From NCBI GenBank assembly GCA_045637805.1, contig JAZUAE010000014.1:64651-128650 (forward strand): a DNA stretch of 64,000 nt, written 5' to 3'. The stretch comes from Clostridia bacterium (GTDB taxonomy: Bacteria > Bacillota > Clostridia > Christensenellales > UBA1242). The position numbers and the translations under genes were made by a program. Shown here in pieces: positions 56,401 to 63,300 of the stretch (position 1 is the stretch's first letter; every line of letters begins with the position of its first letter). Below the pieces are notes generated by a model. That model did not search any database. It had not been told where the DNA came from and was given only the letters and a program-made list of their open reading frames with translations.

Positions 56401-59400
56401 CCTTGATGATAGTGAGATTACTATCGATTACGATAATAATGGTTCAGTAGATGTCAATGAAAAAGAAACTGCAAAATTAGCATGGGAAACATCAAGCAAT
56501 GCTGATCAATTCAAATATTATTATGATAGAAGATATACAATACTATCTGGTACAAATGATATTACTGGTTTATCTACAAAAGTTGGCAGCTTAGCTGCGG
56601 TTATGGAAAGTCTTAATGATTATAGAATTGTTCATCTTCTCTCTCAAGATCCAGATACTTACGAAAAATTAACAATTAGACAAGCTGCAACTAAATATTC
56701 TATAGAATGGGATTCTATTGAAAATGACCTTCTGTTAAAAATGGTAAAAGACTATATTTTATTTAAAACTGAAGGTGTTTGGACGAAAAACGCAATTACT
56801 GGTAAATATATTTTTACAACAAGTGACGATGACAAACAATATCTAAAGGACTATGAATATATAATTAACGACTTCACGTTTGAAGATCTTAGCGCTTATA
56901 TGAGTTTCTCTAGATTAAATTGTAAAGACAATGATTATAGGGTTACAAATTCCGATGGCGATTGCAAATGGTGTGGTGGTGATGGTGAAGTGTCATTTTG
57001 TGAACACTCGGACGGCGACATTGACGGCGTATGTGATAAGTGTCAACTTTGTATAGGCGCCCATACTGATGAAGATAATGCATCAGCTGATCATGACGGT
57101 ATATGTGATAGATGTGGATATTCAGTTGATTTTGTTATGAGTAATGAATCTACAAATTGTGCTGCGTGTTCTCCAGTTGAAGGGTGCGGTCATAACAACT
57201 GTTATTCACCGGTTTGTAACTGGAACGTGTTAAGCAAAAAAGTAGATTATATAAACAAAGTACTTTCTTGTGTGAAAGATGCTCTTAAAGACAACTATTT
57301 TAATGGTAAACCGAATGAAGAATATAGGGTTGAAGATTTTGGTTATTTTAATGATGATGCTGATAATAACTTCCTAGTTGACTTATACGACAAGTACACA
57401 ACTGGTGGTAATTGGCTCAACATTGCGTATATGAATGACTTTATTACAACTCAAACATTGGCAGATGGTTTGTTCAAATATTATATAGGTCATGCTGTAA
57501 AAGTTTATTTTGATGAGTATTCAGCAAGCACGGAATTTACAATCTCAGTTAGAAACAAACAATATTCGGTTGGTAAATTGTTTACAAATGCTAAGCTTGC
57601 AGAGTATGTTCTTGGTGCAAAATTCTTAAAATTGAATGGTTTAGATACGGTATATGTAGATGATGATTATGCTGGTATGATTCAATTTGAAGAATGTAAA
57701 GAAACGCATACTCATGGTACATGTATTATAGATCATACACATGATGGTGATTCTTGCAAGTATATTTGTAAAGGAAACTCAAGTGTTGGTTATTTACTAG
57801 ATGATGATGGAAAAGTTATTATAAAATCATCATGGGGAAAAATTAAAGATTTCTTAGTTGAATTTGGTCAGATTTGTATGGACATATATTCAATGACAAG
57901 CTATTCTGCGCTAATGGTTAATTCAATAGATAATGTCACATTTGAAAATAATCCATATCTTGCAGACCTCGTTGTGAAGTATATATTTGATGAGGGATTA
58001 CTTAGTGCGGATACTGCTATGAGACTTGGTATGACTACTGGAAACAATGTGGGTGATCCATACTGGGTTACAGATAGAACAGGAAAACTTTATCGTGTAG
58101 AAAATGGTGGATTTAATACATACTCAGCGTTAGATGAAAATGTGTCAGACAATCAAAAGCAGATATCTTTAAATAGATTACAAAATGTCATGGAATATCT
58201 ATTAAACACAACTGATAATGTTGAACATTTTGATTATGTCGATTACAAGAAAATGTCGCTCAAAGAGCTCAGAATTTCATGCTTGAACTATTTATCAAAT
58301 TACATAGAGCCTGAAGGTATCGATCCTGAAGCGTCACAAGCAGCATATTTGATAGTATTCTATTTGGCAAACGCTAATTGGACAGTGGCATCAGATTCGC
58401 CAGCTGTTGATTATAAAAACTGGTACACTTTAGCAGATAAAGATCCAACTTCAAATAATAAAACGACGTATGCTAGAATTACAGGCATAAGCGAGACTTC
58501 ACAGAGTGTTGGTTCTGTGATGAGACTAGCTGGAATCGAGAATAGACCTATCGAAGATCTTATTGGATTAGAATATTCTATCAATATTAATTATCGTGGC
58601 ATAGATGAACAATTTGGTGATGTGTTTATTCTTTGTACATACAATGAAGAATCAAGACAGTATTTACCTATACTTACAACAAATAGAACAAATCTCGATA
58701 ATGATATCGATGCAGACTTAGCAAGGTTTAAAGATAGTGATGGTAATCTTCCAAATGATGATCAAAACTATTTGAAAATAATGAAGACAAATGCTGTAGA
58801 TTTTAATTTCAAAAATATACAGGCGAGTGATGATATAAAAGGTCTGGAGTCTTGTTATCCAATCATTGCGAGGGGACCACTCGATGATAATGGATTCCCA
58901 ACAGCAATTAAGATTGTTGATGGAAATGTTGTTTTCTACAGAGAGGATACATATTTTTTAAATACGTCAAGATTTAAAATTGAAAAATATTTCTTAGCAA
59001 TAGATACAATAGATACAGATGGTAATTTGATAAGTTGGGCAGTAAATGGTATAACCAAAGCTATTACAGGTAAAACTTTAGCACAACATATTGTTGAAGC
59101 TGTGCCAAGAATTAAAATAGAATCATATATAGATTACGCAATCGGTGTGAGAACACAGGTTGTTGATACTGTTGATGACGCAACTTGTCATTTGGATTAT
59201 AATTTCTATGCGTTTAACGTGGACTCTATGCCTATAGATGTATTATATGATCTAAATAAACTCAATGTAATAATTTTAATTACAGCAGTATCATTGTTAT
59301 TTGGTATGTTATTCAGGGCATTCTGGGGACTTATTTCAAGAATGGTTAATCTTGTTCTTTACTTTATAATGGGTCCATTGATGATTTCGACCATTGCAAC

Positions 59401-60289
59401 AAAGATGCCAGATAAAGAATCAGAGACTTTAACAGCTTATGATACGTGGAAGGCATCTTTGATAAGAGAACTATTAAGTGTATTTAGTTATGTATTTTCA
59501 ATTAATTTATACTTTATACTTGCAAACATGGTTAACACATTTGAAATGTTTACCACAACAGCTGCATTTAAAGATTTGCTATTATTTAGGAATATTGATA
59601 TTGATTTCTTAAATGAATTATCTCGAGTTGTATTCTTACTTGGACTCGGATCAATATTTATGTCGCTACCAAAGATCTTTGCTTCTATAATGGAAGTTGA
59701 AGATATATTTGACAAAGGGGAAGGTACGTACGCAACTGTTAAAAACACGGTTAGCACGGTGCAAGATTTTGTTTCTGGACAAGAAATTGTTGACAAGATG
59801 GAAAAGGCAACTGAGCCATTACAAAATATGGAGCGTAAAGGTAAAGTTGTGGGGGCCTTTACCGCAGCAGTAATTGCGGGTGTTGATGTAAAAAGAGCAT
59901 ATAATGCTGCACAAGCATTAAATAACAAAATGAAAGAAAATCAAAACAGACGCAAAATTGAACGATTTGAGCGTGAAATGAAGCGAGAAGAATTGGCAGA
60001 TGCAATGTACGAAACTGATCGAGATGTCAAAGAAGAAAAAAAGAGAAGAGCAGGCCAAGTTAAGACAATGATAGGAAAAGAAAAAGCTCGCAGAGAAAAA
60101 ATTGAAGCACGTAAAGAACGAAGAAAAGCACGTAAAGAACGTAGAGAACGAGGAAAAATACGAAGAGTATTCCGAAGAGAAGTACGTAGAGAACGTAGAG
60201 TAGCACGTAGAGAAGCGCGTAGAGCACGAAGAGTAGCGCGAAAAGAAGCACGTAGAGCACGAAGAGTAGCGCGTAGAGCGCGAAGATGA
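53411..60289 (+). CDS. Giant membrane protein paralogue 2 (2292 aa) with Cys/His-rich ectodomain inserts and an Arg-rich C-terminal tail
   Basis: Uninterrupted ORF with an AAGGAG SD. N-module NIVDFFQFVINKIIGLG and LLIVFTIYAIIRSEY. C-module LNVIILITAVSLLFGMLFRAFWGLISRMVNLVLYFIMGP. The tail ends ...ARREARRARRVARKEARRARRVARRARR. Confidence 0.8.
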   Translation: MINLLSKINISILGSKLASLSPLMLNTVQGFDATTLVNTGLLYLFNILLNFIVKVIYHICAFVLNIVDFFQFVINKIIGLGNEYIVFDTQNPLMKLLLNDTVWKVFTYVFGLAIILLIVFTIYAIIRSEYRFATGQEGDNNKARVIGRSLRSISIMAMFPIILFGSIILLNSILYGFNNVFMQASGDGTISLGGQTFTAAAYNANKYRIYAKGNQRIPVFINFDDPIQNGQADGYTSEELADIYKRFNIDEGADLHHMYAYGEFDAWKDTISYRNYKIYNTTKYANHETFIATPDQYYVMADFTDFAVKTGLTYTYKSVKDDDISWKYVDETVFNPRTLTLSITYRDANNIIEGEDSDSYVMEITPSSIDMTTPIKDAIAAISTMLAIGDYSDKTFNILNRDNDYINYVEWDTRKVCLKLSEGFELSDSSTWTVSDSIILYEWSRYDYNNTIESYLTIDELKTNGVELDAQILTKRKYETTLSKYVVTEEVDVVLINNNYYKIVEAKDKTNTSNYDKNGSLYFYLLGYDVKSDSGIDADITFDRNSLESIEKYVDDYIYKYTLEPVVGQKVHTVNYNGKDYYILEDEFHSTESGLINDYNWDAFGKNKVRRIVKIDEKYYFYETDIEVDVSETFQVETSYYYYAPDIVGKAVTEIEKGYFVTSNGKFVLSDDVVHMRGVKDSVGTVDIVEGTYYNSEESFQDVKANKENGTFEYIDPDTLEKNYTFYDDLLSNNIRTVSWPEKLISDLQVIYKDVNLELLISNGTWLTKLSELSSNYFASSLGVNAHAAFASSLIHPLGMIISELMLGMIVDGNPYYDYSDLVFSSVYDESTINGLILSLLGEEKYYQTKQELAGFVEIFNGYFAKMLDEIAYAENFDLKVGKEASVQLFTYKAYLASVLLSDDCARYFTDLALMIVAQNDFIVQIENEIGDYTEKPLENINFKVAGQKFTEILDGIMSIFTNAQDNEVFRVFATYLGAFIDAEGRVLGYDENVNMSLDDSEITIDYDNNGSVDVNEKETAKLAWETSSNADQFKYYYDRRYTILSGTNDITGLSTKVGSLAAVMESLNDYRIVHLLSQDPDTYEKLTIRQAATKYSIEWDSIENDLLLKMVKDYILFKTEGVWTKNAITGKYIFTTSDDDKQYLKDYEYIINDFTFEDLSAYMSFSRLNCKDNDYRVTNSDGDCKWCGGDGEVSFCEHSDGDIDGVCDKCQLCIGAHTDEDNASADHDGICDRCGYSVDFVMSNESTNCAACSPVEGCGHNNCYSPVCNWNVLSKKVDYINKVLSCVKDALKDNYFNGKPNEEYRVEDFGYFNDDADNNFLVDLYDKYTTGGNWLNIAYMNDFITTQTLADGLFKYYIGHAVKVYFDEYSASTEFTISVRNKQYSVGKLFTNAKLAEYVLGAKFLKLNGLDTVYVDDDYAGMIQFEECKETHTHGTCIIDHTHDGDSCKYICKGNSSVGYLLDDDGKVIIKSSWGKIKDFLVEFGQICMDIYSMTSYSALMVNSIDNVTFENNPYLADLVVKYIFDEGLLSADTAMRLGMTTGNNVGDPYWVTDRTGKLYRVENGGFNTYSALDENVSDNQKQISLNRLQNVMEYLLNTTDNVEHFDYVDYKKMSLKELRISCLNYLSNYIEPEGIDPEASQAAYLIVFYLANANWTVASDSPAVDYKNWYTLADKDPTSNNKTTYARITGISETSQSVGSVMRLAGIENRPIEDLIGLEYSININYRGIDEQFGDVFILCTYNEESRQYLPILTTNRTNLDNDIDADLARFKDSDGNLPNDDQNYLKIMKTNAVDFNFKNIQASDDIKGLESCYPIIARGPLDDNGFPTAIKIVDGNVVFYREDTYFLNTSRFKIEKYFLAIDTIDTDGNLISWAVNGITKAITGKTLAQHIVEAVPRIKIESYIDYAIGVRTQVVDTVDDATCHLDYNFYAFNVDSMPIDVLYDLNKLNVIILITAVSLLFGMLFRAFWGLISRMVNLVLYFIMGPLMISTIATKMPDKESETLTAYDTWKASLIRELLSVFSYVFSINLYFILANMVNTFEMFTTTAAFKDLLLFRNIDIDFLNELSRVVFLLGLGSIFMSLPKIFASIMEVEDIFDKGEGTYATVKNTVSTVQDFVSGQEIVDKMEKATEPLQNMERKGKVVGAFTAAVIAGVDVKRAYNAAQALNNKMKENQNRRKIERFEREMKREELADAMYETDRDVKEEKKRRAGQVKTMIGKEKARREKIEARKERRKARKERRERGKIRRVFRREVRRERRVARREARRARRVARKEARRARRVARRARR
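60218..60273 (+). repeat. 33-nt (11-aa) tandem coding repeat in the Arg-rich tail
   Basis: CGTAGAGCACGAAGAGTAGCGCG occurs exactly at 60218-60240 and 60251-60273. More degenerate CGTAGAG/CGTAAAG units extend back to about 60110. Confidence 0.85.
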
Positions 60290-60336
60290 TTAAGATAAAA
60301 AACCAAAAATAAAAAAAGGAAGAAGGTATTGAAGAA

Positions 60337-63300
60337 ATGTTGAAAGGATTAAATTTCATAAATATTCTATCAGAAAGAGCATTTACTGCTGAAGCAAATG
60401 CACCTTCTTTCTTTGATACGATTTCGATGATTATATCAAAGTTTGTTATAGACTTATGGGATCATCTGTTAACTTTAGTTATAAAAATTGTATATACTGT
60501 ATTAAAATGGGCAATGACTGTTATCGACTTTATTTATACGTTTGTTAGACAATTAGTTGGTATAAGCATTGATAGTTCAGGCACAAGCTTTTTACTTGAA
60601 GATGATATAATATTTAAATTCTTAAGCGGTGAGTTTTTCTTGCCATTGATGAAATACATGCTTGGATTCTGTTTTCTTTTATTGATTGTATTCACAATAA
60701 TTGCCATTGTTAAGAATGAGTATGATTATACTGTTTACGGTAGGTCAAATGATAAGAAGCAAGTGCTTGTAAAATCCCTTCAAGCGGTTTTTCTTATGAT
60801 TTTAGTGCCATTCATTGTTGTCGGTTCAATTATTGGTTCTAACGCCTTACTCAGGGCTTTAACTGAGGCTACAAGTGTTGGTGGATCAGGAACATCAATC
60901 GGTTCACAAATTTATGTAGCAAGTAGTTATAAAGCAAATGCATATAGACATTATGCCGAATCGAATTACAAGATTCCTATAACATACAATTTTAGTGAAG
61001 TTGAAGATAAAACTATTATTGCTGGTTGGGAAGCAGATGGTGGAGTAGAGGAAATAAATAAAGTTGTCAATCAATATTTAAGCATGCCTGTTTGGTCTAG
61101 AGGTTTAAAGGCTTTTGAGATGCATATTTCCAACAACTATTTTGCGTTGGATTATATCGATGAAATTACCTATCAGGCATACCAAGCAGCAGATGCTTCA
61201 TCTTCTGATATAGATGGATTAATGACAATTTATGAAGGTTTATATGATAAAGGAATCAATACATATACTCCTGAATATTACGTTATGGCAGATACAATTG
61301 AATACTTTTTCGGAAGTAATAGAACTATTAGATTTGTAACAATGGAGCAAGTGTATAAAACTTGTAGCATGGCTGGCATTGAATCAGGTATAGATTATGA
61401 TGGAAAATATTACACTGCGCAGGTTGAATACAATTATGATATAGGTGGTAGGGGAAACACTATTACTTACAGGCATAGAGCAGGTGCGACTGACGAGGCT
61501 GATGGTGCCGTGTTTGTTTGTGCTACTCAAGAACAAACCGAGAGTGGTGTAATCTATTACAAACCATATATTGCTTCAAGTAGTTCATATTACAATGGTG
61601 GTAATATTACCGTTGCCAGAGGTACATTTAATGAAGATGGCTATCCAACTGCTATTAGAATAAGAAACAATATTGTTGAATGCTATAGGGAAAACCTTAA
61701 TGTTCCAACACTTATAGATTTCTTCCCAACGATTAGCTATGAAAAACCTGAAGGGACAACTCAAGAGATAGGAAACTGGATAACTAGAACACTCTTTGAG
61801 GGGGTTACTGGTGTAAATCCTGACGAACTTGTGCCGTATATTTATTTCAATTTTGATCTATTTAGTTTGTTTACAAAATCAACAAATGTTGTTACAAAAT
61901 TTGCAGATGGTGGTTTGGATATTGATTATTATTTCTCAGATTCAGATATAGAAATAGAAAACTTGTACTGGATTCCTGAAATTTCTTTGTTTATATTAAT
62001 TTTCGCCATAGGCACAGTCTTTAGTATTATTTTGAAGATAACATTTGGTTTAGTTGGAAGAATATTTGATATAATCGTCCTTATTATTTCTTATCCAGCA
62101 ACACTTGCACTATTCCCATTAAAAGGTAACAATGCATTAAAAAAATGGTCTACAAACTTTTTTTCAAAACTTATTGAGGCTTATGGTGTTATTATTGCTT
62201 TAAACTTAATGTTCTTGTTTGCTACAGTGTTATCTGATTTTAAATTGTTACAACCTGGTGATAATGCTAACATAATACAACAGTTGGGTTTATTCTTTAG
62301 TAACCATATAATTAGAATATTATTTTTACTTGTAGCGTTTAGTTTGATGGCAAAGATACCTTTGTCGATTAATAAGATTTTAAATGGTAAAGAAGACAAG
62401 GAAGACAAGGAAGATGAAAATGCAATAATTTCTCGTGGCGAAAAATCGATACAAGATTTAAAGAATCCATTTACATGGATGAGTGATCTTGTAACTGGAA
62501 AAATGTTTATTGATCAAGCAAAAAAGGCTAAAGAGTTTTCAACAAAAAGTATTCCAGGTGGTGCTTTTGTGGCTACAAAACATAGGAAGAAGAAAGAAGA
62601 GAAAGAAGAAAATGAAGAATTTGCTAAAGCATTAATATCATCTCCTAAAAACAAAAGTAATACAAACAATGGATCTTCATCACAATCAAGTGGTAATTCA
62701 AATATGCCGCCAGAAATACATTCATCAACTGATGCAAACGAATCGGCAACAACTAGTGGAGATCTAGATGTTTCAGATGTAGTATCTCAAATAAATAATA
62801 ATGCAGATAATAATGAAATGGATTTAGAAATTGAAAGTGGAAAAGATGAACAAAATACTAATAATGAGCCATCTGAAAGTGATAATGTAGCCAAAGCAGA
62901 AACAAAAAGAGATGTTTTCATATTATTTGACAACAGAGAAAATGAAAATATCGAAGAAACAACTAAGCATAAAAACAACACCATTGAAAATTCTGATGCT
63001 GAGAAAAGCGATTCAAAAAAGGCAGATAGAATTGAAGAAAAACCTCTTAATAAAGATAAAACAGAATCTAAAGAAAATGATACTGACAAACCAAGCGATA
63101 AAAGTGCAGCAGAAAACTCAAATTCTAAAACAAACCAAGATACTTCTTCAACCAAGAATGCTGCTGATAAAGCTGAAAGCTTTGCTGATAAACTGGAACA
63201 AACAGGGGAAAAAGTGCTTGAAAAGTTTACAAATTCAAAACTGGGCCAAAACTTATTGAACTCAAAACTTGGTAAGAGTATAAGAGCAAAATTTGAAGAA

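Noticed and set aside
59941-60359. Two long reverse-strand ORFs (121 aa, LRALRATLRALRAS...; 99 aa, Leu/Phe/Tyr-rich) overlapping the end of giant gene 2
   Set aside because: They are mirror images of the CGTAGAG/CGAAGAG repeat that encodes the Arg-rich tail. They have no SD and extreme repeat composition, and they lie fully antisense to a 6.9-kb ORF.
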